DNA of 64,000 bases, from positions 23,560,001-23,624,000 of the forward strand of contig NC_043012.1 in NCBI RefSeq assembly GCF_006345805.1, given 5' to 3'. The notes below the pieces were generated by a model. It was given only the letters and a program-made list of their open reading frames with translations, searched no databases and was not told where the DNA came from. Of this stretch, positions 38,737-49,542 are shown piece by piece. Numbering within the stretch: the first letter of the stretch is position 1; the number at the start of each line of letters is the position of its first letter. The DNA comes from Octopus sinensis (taxonomy: Eukaryota). The translations under genes were made by a program, and so were the position numbers.

Positions 38737-38836
38737 NNNNNNNNNNNNNNNNNNNNNNNNNNNNNNNNNNNNNNNNNNNNNNNNNNNNNNNNNNNNNNNN
38801 NNNNNNNNNNNNNNNNNNNNNNNNNNNNNNNNNNNN
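38737..38836. other. Assembly gap (100 N)
   Basis: Directly visible; a round 100 usually denotes unknown true size. Confidence 0.99.
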
Positions 38837-39086
38837 GTGATACAATGATGAAGGCATAGGGACATAAAGAATACGAGAGAGAGATAAGAGAGATCTGCAA
38901 TGTGATAGCTTAATGGAGAGAGAGGGAGAGAGTGTGAGAGAAGGTACAAGAAATGTATTTGTGAGTCTGTATGCAAATATAATGTGTGTGTGTTGTGTGT
39001 GTATATATATATATATATAAATATCTGTATATTAGACAAGTATATTATATATATATATTATATATATATATATATATATCGACATG

Positions 39087-39126
<40 letters not shown>

Positions 39127-39140
39127 TATATATGTACATG

Positions 39141-39208
<68 letters not shown>

Positions 39209-39363
39209 CATATATGTATATAGACATGTATACATATATAAGACTGTAAACATATATAGACATGTATGCATATATAGAATGTATGTATAGTTATATATAT
39301 ATATACTAATATATATATATATATATATATACACATACATTATATATATGTATATATGTGTGC

Positions 39364-39418
<55 letters not shown>

Positions 39419-39769
39419 TACATTATATATACATATATGTATATACACACACACAACATGCACATACTGTATTTAAATATACACAGATACTGGACATGAA
39501 AAGATCATGATGGTACGTCTCTCCCTTTCTACCCCACACATCTACACGATGCCTATCATCATCACAATCAAAATTTTTAACTCATTTTCTTGTGTATATC
39601 TATCATATCATGTGTTCTTAATATGGTTTGCAATACACACTACTTTTCCCAGCATTTTCATTTCTGATTCCAACATCATCGCATCTCATCTGAAAAGCTC
39701 AATGTTTAGAGATGACAATTATTATAGCTTTTTTTTTTTCAGTAAGCCTTTATCGTATGTTCACATGTG

Positions 39770-39970
39770 AAGCTCACCTTTGATGCCATGTTGCTTTGCC
39801 AACTCATTTGTGCTTAACTTTTCTTACATGTCAACACAACATATCTATCCAATGGATTATGTTCATTCCACTCTTATAAATTCACTGTACACCTAAATTT
39901 ATGGCCCATGCTGCAGTACGTTGCTGTTTAAGAAAACTCTACCACCTCTCACTTGCAATGTCTTATTTGC
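39770..39970 (-). pseudogene. Decayed RTE ORF2 C-terminal fragment
   Basis: TLQVRG.RV...WAINL....GMNIIHWI...KLSTNELAKQHGIK resembles RTE xLRVKGRVY..WA..EMxMLRWM..STNEL..GI. Confidence 0.55.
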
Positions 39971-40064
39971 TTTGAAAAGATTTTAGCATAAATCAAAGAA
40001 TTCTAAGTATACCTTACTTCATCTAACTTCAATGATTAAGAGACAAAACACTTAGAGACGTTTC

Positions 40065-40225
40065 TTTCACCTCCTCCTGTTCTGAGTTCAAATCCTGCTG
40101 GGGTCAGCTTTGCTTTTCATCCTTTGAGGGTTCATAAAATAAAGAACATGTCAAGTACTGAGGTTGATGTAATCAACTTCACCCTCCCCTCAAAAGCTGC
40201 TGGCCTTGTGCCAAACTTTGAAATG
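40065..40225 (+). mobile_element. S2 SINE 3' part
   Basis: GTTCTGAGTTCAAATCCTGCTGGGGTCAGCTTTGCTTTTCATCC...GGCCTTGTGCCAAACTTTGAAA. Confidence 0.75.
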
Positions 40226-40468
40226 TTTATCATTGTTTTCTCTTTATCACAGGTTTTGTTGGCATGCTTGGAGTCTTATATGTGTAGTGGGCTTACTACC
40301 TGCAGCCTAAGGTGCCATACTATCTGCTCTTTTCAACTATCTAGTATTTTCCTGATCATTCTGGCCATGCCAAGGAGGCAAAACTTTTGTAACTGGACAC
40401 TCTATTCCAGTTTCCTTAATATCCCTCTTGATGCCTTCTGATACTGTTCCTAAGGACCCAACAACAAC
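40226..40468 (-). mobile_element. R4/Dong LINE 3' end (ORF C-terminus plus 3' UTR)
   Basis: VVGSLGTVSEGIKRDIKETGIECPV/.CLLGMARMIRKILDS* matches the REL-element C-terminal VIGALG..LQK..LLGTARILRKVL pattern; short UTR and degenerate AAT tail. Confidence 0.8.
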
Positions 40469-41087
40469 AATCATAATCATCATCATCACCACCACCATAA
40501 TCGAGTAGTCCTATCTCAACAAAATGTCAAGCCTTGTAACTAGTCAGGTGGCACTAGCAACAACCATGCTCGAAGGGTGCTTTTTATGTGCCACCTGTAT
40601 GGGTGCCAATCAAGCGGTACTATCAACGACCACAACAATAACTTCACTTGACTCAATGGTCTACGCAAATGCAGTTTATTGCCCAATGATTGAAGGGCAC
40701 TCTTAAATGGACGGGTTATGCTGCACTGGCACAGGCCACAGTTACAGTCTCACTTGGCTTGCCATAAGAATATTAATGACTTTTAGGCACACAGTATTTC
40801 ATTATGCACCCTTAATATGCTACAAAGCATATTAGACGTTTTTTATAAGTCAATGCCATGTACTCCTGTGTTAGCAGTGCTATTAAATCACATGTTAAGG
40901 TCATCTCTACAGATTTTCTATAGAAATTATAACCAGCACTGATTTTGTTAATGGGTTAGATGGATTCTGAGGAAAGAGCAAAAACTCCCAAAATATGGCA
41001 TTACCGATTTCTTCATCTTCGATCTCATTACATCTGGCATTACACATATGAAACATCTGCAGTGTTAGCTATAATTTCTATAGCAAA

Positions 41088-41338
41088 ATCTCATCTAAAT
41101 TAACACTCTCCCTAATTAGTTAGGCTATGAGCCTCTCCATGACTTTAATCACCTGATCCAACAATCTGACACCTTTCCAATTATTTCTATCAAAGGCATC
41201 GCCTTTATCTTTGTAGCAGTTGACTATGGTGCTGCTACACCATTCATTGGGTATGACTCCTACATGTAACATCTAGTTAACTATATGGGTGACAAGACTA
41301 TAATCTACGCCGTCAGATATTCTAAGCATCTCAACTGC
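41088..41338 (-). pseudogene. RTE LINE RT fragment (domains 0-1)
   Basis: AVEMLRISDGVDYSLVTHIVN*MLHVGVIPNEWCSSTIVNCYKDKGDAFDRNNWKGVRLLDQVIKVMERLIA*LIRESVNLDE. Confidence 0.88.
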
Positions 41339-41980
41339 ACTAAATAAATAGAATTCTACCAAAACAACTACCATAAATTTTAAATGCCATTCGTATTTTT
41401 TGAACCTATGCCATACCAAAGACCCACCACTGAGCCAGGTCTATGGTTTCATTTGAATTTGGTACTTATATGTCCAAGGTATCCAACCAACAGTTGATGT
41501 CCGCAATGCTGTTTATTTCAATGTGAGCTCTATGTTATACCCAGCCATTTCTGGTGTCCTACAAAGTGATGTGCCTTGATTCTTATGAAACCATATAACA
41601 AAATTGAGTGTGTGTGTGTGTGAGAAAAGACAGAGTAAGGGGTAAGTAAAAATAGTTGAAGGTTAAAAAAAAATGTAGCCATCATCATTATTAATGTCAC
41701 TTCATGTCCTCGTTTCCAAGTCAGGGGGAGGTTGAAGGTGGTGAAGATGAGTTTGTGGAGGCAGAGTTTTAAGGTCAGGTGCCCTTTGTTGTTGCTAACC
41801 CTCTTAAGAAACATAAGGATGTAATGTTCCTAATTCCAAAATCAAGATACACATCATAAAAGGGATAACAAGTCAGGAGATAGCCTCAAGTAGACTGGCC
41901 AAAGAAATGGACAAAGGGAATGAAGGAAGAATGAAAACAGACTGGCAGGCAGGTAAATAAATATATATGTATTATGTATG

Positions 41981-42032
<52 letters not shown>

Positions 42033-42102
42033 TAGATAGATGATATAAAGAGAGAGAGAGAGAGAGAGAGTGGCAGCTGGATAGACATATAAGCAGACAT
42101 GT

Positions 42103-42136
<34 letters not shown>

Positions 42137-42357
42137 CAGACAGAAAGTTGAATAAAGAGATGTACATGCAAAAATGTTGACATACTGATGAACAGACAGA
42201 AGGAATGAAAGTGATAGAGGGACAAACAGACAGAGTAAATACAAGGCTTGGAAGGTGATAACAGAGAAAATAATTAAGATGGACAGGTGTATGTGGTGGA
42301 AATTACAGGAATGGCTGACAACCACCCACCATTGCCAACACCATCACCATTACCAAC

Positions 42358-42392
<35 letters not shown>

Positions 42393-43441
42393 TATAATAA
42401 TAATGATAATAATAATAATAACAATAATAATAATAATAATAATGATGATGATGATGATGATGATAGCAATAACAACAAAAGAAAATATTAAATTATCAAT
42501 TTTTTTTTCTTTATAAGGCTGCTTCAAGGGAACAAAATGCAAATAGCAACAGTAAAACAAATATAAAAATTGATGATGGTGGTGGTGGTGATGGTTGTGG
42601 TGATAATGATGATAATGGTGATGATTATGGTAATGATGGTGATGACATTGACAATAATGGTGATGATTATGGTAATGATGGTGATGACATTGACAATAAT
42701 GGTTACAAGGATGATGAGGATGAAAATGATGATGGCTGTGATGATGATGATGTTGCCGATGGTGAAGATGATTGCATTCACGTTGGCGGTGAGATAGTTA
42801 AAAAAGAGAAGATAGTAGTGATGTGATGTTGGTGTTGTTGCTATTGAAAACGACGGAGGTTGTGAGTGATGGTAGCCATTGACGATCCCATCACTGAGCA
42901 GAGGAGAACAATCAGCAAGAGAAACAAAAGTTCAACATTAAACAACAAACGAAAACCATTTATGAATTACTATACAACCTCACAGGTAAGAAAAGTCACA
43001 CACACATACACACACATGTGCACAAACACATATAAATAAACACACATGCATTCACACACATTGCTTCTTGTATATTAAGTTACTTTTTACCCTCTTGATT
43101 TTTGTTTTTTATCACTGGGTCTTAACAATAAACTTGCTGGACCTTTAACTAAGTGGAGATACACATGTACATATTGTCCTTTCTCCTGTATGAGGTGAAA
43201 TGAAAAGATGACTTTTCCGCCCCTCCCCCCCTTTTCCTTCACTGACTTTTAATTAATTAATCCACTCAAATATTAACACTTTCAGTAGCCACACACACAC
43301 ACACACACACACATAAACATACACATTCCATGGACATATCTACATCACCGACAAACTACTAAATGCAGTTATTGCTTCAGGAAAACAAGAATGATATTAA
43401 AAATGCAGCCCTACAAAAATTCTGCCAACAACAACACCATA

Positions 43442-43475
<34 letters not shown>

Positions 43476-43949
43476 CAAGAACAAGAAGAAAAATAACAAC
43501 AACAATAACAAATGATGATGATAACAATAAAAACAATAATGATAAGAACAACAACAGGATTATGATAATAATAATAATATAAAAATGATAAAGTATATTC
43601 ATCTGATTGCAGTGTAGTTAATCATTGCGCTTGTTCTGTCTGAATGCAACCATAGACATATTTTTATCTGTCAACTAAATTTGTGTGTTGAGTCCAAATC
43701 ACCAAAAACACTGCCGATTCTGATCAGTTGGTTAAGTCTTTGGGGACATCAATATGACAGTAAGAAAACTAAAACAGGAAACGTTTTTAATTTCCCAGAA
43801 GAACTCTGGTGCAGAAAACAAGAAAGAATGAAAGATTAAAAACAAGCAAAGAACAGAATTTTATCGAAAAAGAGACATTTTTGTGCCTATGGCTGTTCCG
43901 AAACAAGGCCATGGTATATTTCTTTCCTCTTGTGGGTCTTTAGTCTGTT

Positions 43950-44200
43950 CATCCATATGTTTATCATAAATGGTGCAAGGTCTACTGCTGAATTATCGAG
44001 AAAAACATATTGCTAAAGTTAAAGACGGTTATCAGATGCTGACCTTTGCAACAGATGTCTTATGGTTAAAGTAATTGGTGCAATTGGCAGCTGAACAAAA
44101 TACAAGATTGTCTCATGTTTATAACGCTTTTTATTTGTTCCACTAAGCAAAAACAGAAATGTTCCAACGGAGTGGAGTGGATGGATGAATGGAAAAAAGG
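43950..44200 (+). pseudogene. Possible highly decayed LINE RT fragment (domains 1-3)
   Basis: SICLS..LK*LVQLAAEQNTRL...AFI..TK...VEW..W loosely follows LKQLIEKA.E.N.PL..AFID..KAFDSVEW; by eye only. Confidence 0.3.
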
Positions 44201-44791
44201 AAAAACAATAAAGAATGAGGACACTTTGATGAAAGAAAATGTACTTTTTCCGAACATGAAGATGTTCCGAAGTAATAAGAAAACGGTAAAGCTGTGGGCT
44301 AGTTATGTCGGGAATATAATTGGGAAAACTGAAGAAACTCGCGTCTATGTCTCATCATGAAACATAAAAACAATGGTGGGTGATAAGATTCTTGACACAG
44401 TGGCTAATTCTTGGTGTGGGTTTCATTACCGGTTGAATATAAATCAATAGAAGCCATTTGTATTTCTGCTGTTGAGTGAATAGCTGACCAACCACAATAA
44501 ACATAATAGATTCAGTTGTAAATCAAGGCTAGCCATAATATAAAGTATTTTAGCAAAATTAATTAAGTTGTTGCTATGGAAACAAAATAATTTTTGCAAA
44601 TTCTACTATCTGTGTATCAATAATTAAAAACAAAACAAAACAAAACAAAACAAAATATGATGATAAAGGAACCTGGTTTTGGTTAGTTGTTGATTCCTTT
44701 TGTTTTCTACCCATGTCTTCATGGAATATTTCATTACCTTAACTTTCCATTCTACATTGATGCCATTTCTATAAAACATGAAGGAGAGAAG

Positions 44792-44828
<37 letters not shown>

Positions 44829-45189
44829 TGTGTGGTGTGTGTGTGCGTGCATGCGTGCGTGGGTTCTTTAATCGGAGACAGTTCCTTTTACAGTAACACT
44901 ACCATGATTCTGAAGAATTTTAATATGATTCGAATTGGATTTTGATACACCATTGAAATAAATAGATAAATAAATTGACTATAAACAATATACAGACACA
45001 TTCAGGTTTCTTTCCAAACTACAAATAATTGACCCTTTTGAGACAAGAGCAGCTATCAGTGCTGGAAATGTTCTGACCAGTATCAATTAGAAAACAGTTC
45101 AGTCTGTAGAACTCATTGCATTTGTATCTCTTCCTTTAATTCAAAAAAGGTTAATAAAATAAGAACATGATTTAAAGTAAAAATAGTCA

Positions 45190-45600
45190 CAGTTATTGAG
45201 TTCAAATTCTGCCAAGTTTGACTTTGCATTTCATCTTCTCAGGGGTAGTGAAATAAGTACCAGTTAAACCTTGGGGGGTCAATGGAATCCACTAGCCCCT
45301 CCCCCAAAATTTCAGGCCGTGTGCCTATAGTAGAAAGGATTATTATTATTATTGTTGTTGTTGTTGTTGTAAGGTGATGAGCAAGCAGACCCAGCAACAC
45401 ACTGGGCAAAATGCTTTTGTAATTTGAAGTCAAATTTCACCAAGGTCAACTTTGCCTTTCATCTTTTCAGAGTTCATCAAATAAGTACCAGTTGAGTACT
45501 GGGGTCAATGTAATTGGCTAAACTCCTGTCACAAAATTTCAAGCCTTGTACCTATTGGAAACAGGATTATTAATATCATTATTTTTATCCTCATTACTAC
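45190..45600 (+). mobile_element. Two tandem S2 SINEs with (ATT)n tails
   Basis: Tails GTAGAAAGGATTATTATT (~45330) and GGAAACAGGATTATT (~45560). Confidence 0.75.
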
Positions 45601-45657
45601 TACTACTACTACTACTACTACAAGTATTACTACCATTATTCATAATTATTTTTATTA

Positions 45658-46078
45658 AAGGCGGCGAGCTGGCAGAATCGTTATCACACCAGGTGAAATG
45701 CTTAGTGGTATTTCGTCTGCTGCGACGTTCTGAGTTCAAATTCCGCCAAGGTCAACTTTGCCTTTCATCCTTTCAGGGTCGATTAAATAAGTACCAGTTA
45801 TGCACTGAGTTGATGTAATCGACTTAATCCGTTTGTCTGTCCTTGTTTGTCCCCTCTGTGTTTAGACCCTTGTGGGTAGTAAAGAAATAGGTATTTCGTC
45901 TGTCTTATGTTCTGAGTTCAAATTCCATCGAGGTCGACTTTGCCTTTCATCCTTGGGGGAGGGGGGTCAATGAAATAAGTACCAGTTACACAGTAGGGTC
46001 AATGTAATTGACTTAAACTCTTTCCCCAAATTTGAGGTCTCGTGCGTCCAGTAGAAAGGGTTATTATTATTATTATTA
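45658..46078 (+). mobile_element. Dimeric S2 SINE (left monomer 45658-45889, A-box-less right monomer 45890-46078)
   Basis: AAAGAAATA|GGTATTTCGTCTG restarts the B-box and core block; ends GTAGAAAGGGTTATTATT. Confidence 0.85.
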
Positions 46079-46091
46079 ATAATAATACTAA

Positions 46092-46470
46092 TAATCCTTT
46101 CTACTAGATGCACAAGGCCTGATATTGTGGGGGAGGGGTATAGTCAATTACATCAACACCAGTACATAATTAGTACTTATTTATCGACCCCGAAAGGATG
46201 AAAGGCAAAGACGACCTTGGCAGAATTTGAACTGAGAATGTAAGGATGAATGAAATGATGCCAAGCATTTCACCTGCAAACAATTCTGATATCGTTAGCA
46301 CACCGAGTGAAATGCTAAGCAGAATTTTGCCCATTGCTATGTTCTGAGTTGAAATTATGCCCAGGTCAAGTTCACCTTTCATCTTTCCAGGGTCAATAAA
46401 ATAAGTACCAGCTGAACACAATTAACTCATCTCTGCTGCCAAAATTGCTGCCCTTGTGGCAAATAAATGA
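46092..46470. mobile_element. Head-to-head S2 pair (minus 46092-46290, plus 46291-46470)
   Basis: The two truncated heads join at palindromic GATATC (~46288-46293). Confidence 0.7.
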
Positions 46471-46774
46471 AATTATTATTATTATTAGTAGTAGTAGTAG
46501 TAGTAATAATAATAATAATAATAATATTAATATTATGGCATTCGAACCTCAAGAGTATACTCTGGCACTTGCCACCATCCATGTCTCTCTCTGCTTTTAC
46601 TTGACCATCCCATTTAGATACTGATCTCTGTCCCTCGTGAGTTTGCCCAGCGCTTTGTCACCATCTATATCCTGATTTCTCTCACTCTCTCTCTCTCCTT
46701 CTCCTGCACTTCCCTCAGATTGAGTAACTATGTATCTCCTTTGTGGCAGCACACCTGTTTCTGTCCTCATTCCT

Positions 46775-46815
<41 letters not shown>

Positions 46816-46819
46816 CCAG

Positions 46820-47250
46820 CCAGGTAGCCTTGTACCTCCTCTACAGCATGATACCTGTTTCTCTCTTACTATAATATTTCATAATCTGACACAAGATCAC
46901 TTCCTCCAATGCCCTTTCCCTACTCAAAAATTTTTGTCTTGCAAGTACTTGGTGACCCTGTCAGTGCAGATGCTACTTAAAAAAAAAGAACACACTCTAA
47001 AGTGATTGGTATTTGGAAGGGCATCCACCTGTAAAACCCTTGCCAAAAACTGACCTTACCTGTGCCACGTAAAAAGCACTAAGTCCACTCTGCTGAGTGG
47101 CTGTTGTTAGGAAGAACATCCAAATGTAAAAGTCCTACCAAAACTGTCGCAGAAGTCTGGTGCAGGCTTCTTCTGCCTGGCCAACTCCTGCCAAACCATC
47201 CCACCGATGCTAGAATGGAAGGCAGACATTAAACAATGATGATGATGATG
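46820..47250 (+). mobile_element. S3 subfamily b with (GAT)n tail
   Basis: Revcomp-homologous to 27666-28100. Confidence 0.75.
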
Positions 47251-47500
47251 ACAGCTGGCAGAAACGTTGGCACACTAGACAAAATGCTTAACTGCATTTT
47301 GTCTGCCTCTATGTTCTGAGTTCAAATTAGGCCATGGTCAACTTTACCTTTCATCTTTTCAGGGTCAATAAAAATAAGTACCAGTTAAGCACTGGGGTCA
47401 TTGTAATCAACGTACCCTCTCCACTGAAATTTCAGCCCTTGTGCCTCTATAAAAAAGGATTATTATTGTTATTATTATTATTATTATTATTATCATACTT
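47250..47500 (+). mobile_element. S2 SINE immediately after the S3b tail
   Basis: GACAGCTGGCAGAAACGTTGGCAC...AAAAAAGGATTATTATT. Confidence 0.75.
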
Positions 47501-47941
47501 ATTTTTATCATCATCATCATCAGCATCATTATTATTGTGTAGCAGACCAGCTATAACAAGTACTTTTAGCAGTTGCCTACATGAAACGGATACCTTTATT
47601 ACCCATGACTAATTAAATTAGAAACACCTGTTTAACCATTTAGCAATACCTGTTTAATGATTTAACCAGTTAATAATATACATTTAACTTTTGGTTTGCT
47701 CCATAGAGCAAAGATAAAGATCCTGACAATCAAAGACAAGAGTTTCTTTCAATTCACAATTGATGCTATTCCATCTCACATCATTCATGGTCTTTCTTAG
47801 TAGAGGCATAACTGTCACACCTTCTCATCCACTAAGATGACAAAAATAAATTAGACAAGAAACCAGTCACATGACCTTTGCGCTGAATGATAAAGGAAAA
47901 ACTTATAAATTTGGTTCTCAAGTGGAACCTATATATATATA

Positions 47942-48109
47942 CTTTATTTAAAGCAGCAGAAAATTCAACAAAACCGATGAACGGCAACGGGAAACTCAGA
48001 GTAACAGGTTTTGTTGAATTTTCTGCTGCTTTAAATAAAGCATATTACTCTACCACTGGTATTTGAGTACTCTTTTTTCCACCTTGTTTCACATTTATGT
48101 GTTTACTCC

Positions 48110-48111
<2 letters not shown>
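47942..48111 (+). mobile_element. Fold-back micro-element: perfect 34-bp inverted arms around a hammerhead-like core, plus a 3' extension
   Basis: Arms 47942-47975 and 48007-48040; core CCGATGA ACGGCAACGG GAAAC TCAGA GTA; (TA)n on both sides. Confidence 0.75.
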
Positions 48112-48150
<39 letters not shown>

Positions 48151-48434
48151 TATATATAGTCAGTGGGTTACAGAGAGATTCAAGGGGCAAAAGTTTGGGG
48201 CTTTGACACTTATCTATGATGAGTGCTAATACATGAAACCCTTGGCCCTTGTATCACTTTGCAACTTCTGCTGATTAAATACACACACATATATATATAT
48301 ATATATATGTTAATGAACTAATGTTTTAAGTTATATTTTACAGCTTATATTACCAATATATATATATATATTATATATATATATATATGAAGCACATATA
48401 TCTCTAATTTAATTTGTATATTTATATATATATA

Positions 48435-48775
48435 TATATAATATAATTCGAGACAAAACCACTATTTTAAAACCAAACAAGGAAAGACTTAATCAATACA
48501 TAAAATTTTAATATAAATTAAATAAACCGCCACTACAAATGTTTCATGTCTGCTACCGACAATCTTCAGGTGGATTTTCGATCTTCTAATCAGTATCAAA
48601 TTTATTTAATTTATATTAAAATTTTATGTATTGATTAAGTCTTTCCTTGTTTGGTTTTAAAATAGTGGTTTTGTCTCGAATTATATTATATAATATTTTA
48701 CTATAAAATTGGATTTAACCCTAAATCTGATTTTTCCCTGTAATTTTGGATTCATTCCCTAATATTTATTATTAT
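48435..48775. mobile_element. Fold-back micro-element: perfect 92-bp inverted arms around a hammerhead, plus an extension
   Basis: 48435-48526 is the exact revcomp of 48601-48692; (TA)n on both sides. Confidence 0.85.
48530..48574 (-). ncRNA. Minimal type I hammerhead ribozyme motif with intact core
   Basis: T CCAC CTGAAGA T TGTC ggtagca GACA T GAAAC ATTT GTA GTGG: helix I CCAC/GUGG, helix II UGUC/GACA, short helix III, GUA site. Confidence 0.75.
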
Positions 48776-48789
48776 ATATATATATATAT

Positions 48790-49110
48790 AAATTAAGTTA
48801 GAGATAAAACCACTATTAGGCAAATCAAACAGTGAAAGACATAAACCAAAACATACAAATAAATTAATATACAAAATGAATAAAATATAAAATTTAAAAT
48901 TTAAATTATTTAAACTTAAAATTTATGTTTATAAATTTTTATATTTTTATATTTTTTTAAATATATGAATTTTTAAACTTTTGATTTTTTAATTTTTTTT
49001 AATTCATCAATTTTTTTTAAACTATCAAAAAGTATTAAAAAGTTTAATATAATATAATAAGTAAATCTATTTTTTCCCTGTAAGTTTGGATATACTCCCT
49101 AATATTATTA
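48790..49110. repeat. Related second fold-back-type element, badly garbled internally
   Basis: GAGATAAAACCACTATT..GAAAGAC resembles the 48449 arm; TTTTTCCCTGTAAGTTTGGAT..TCCCTAATATT repeats the 48740-48775 end. Confidence 0.55.
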
Positions 49111-49507
49111 TATAAATATATATATATATATAATACAAAGTAAGATAGGGGTCATGGGTGTAACCCACTATGGGATAGTATTTATCCAATATACTGTTGG
49201 TAAATACCCTATAAGTAACCTATTTTTAAATGCTTACAACCTCATTATGTTGACAGCTATAGGCAATAAAAATAAAATTAACTACTTTTAGCCATAGGCT
49301 GAAACAGCTGTAAGAAGTGAGTTTAATGATTTCAATAATTTATATTATGATTTTTATAATTTGTATTCTTATCTTATATGTATTGAATTATAAGATATAT
49401 ATGTATGCTATTGAGGTTCTCATTTTGTTAAATGAATAAATAATCCAACATTCTAATATCCGAAAGTTGATGAACAAACTAAATTTGTTTCTCCATTTTC
49501 TTCTTTG

Positions 49508-49542
<35 letters not shown>

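Noticed and set aside
39776-39822. Exon-like KLSTNELAKQHGIK with donor AAG|GTGAGC
   Set aside because: Better explained as part of the decayed RTE C-terminus.
42570-42830. D/G/N-rich open frame resembling an acidic protein
   Set aside because: Degenerate (GAT/GGT)n microsatellite with a 39-bp duplication.
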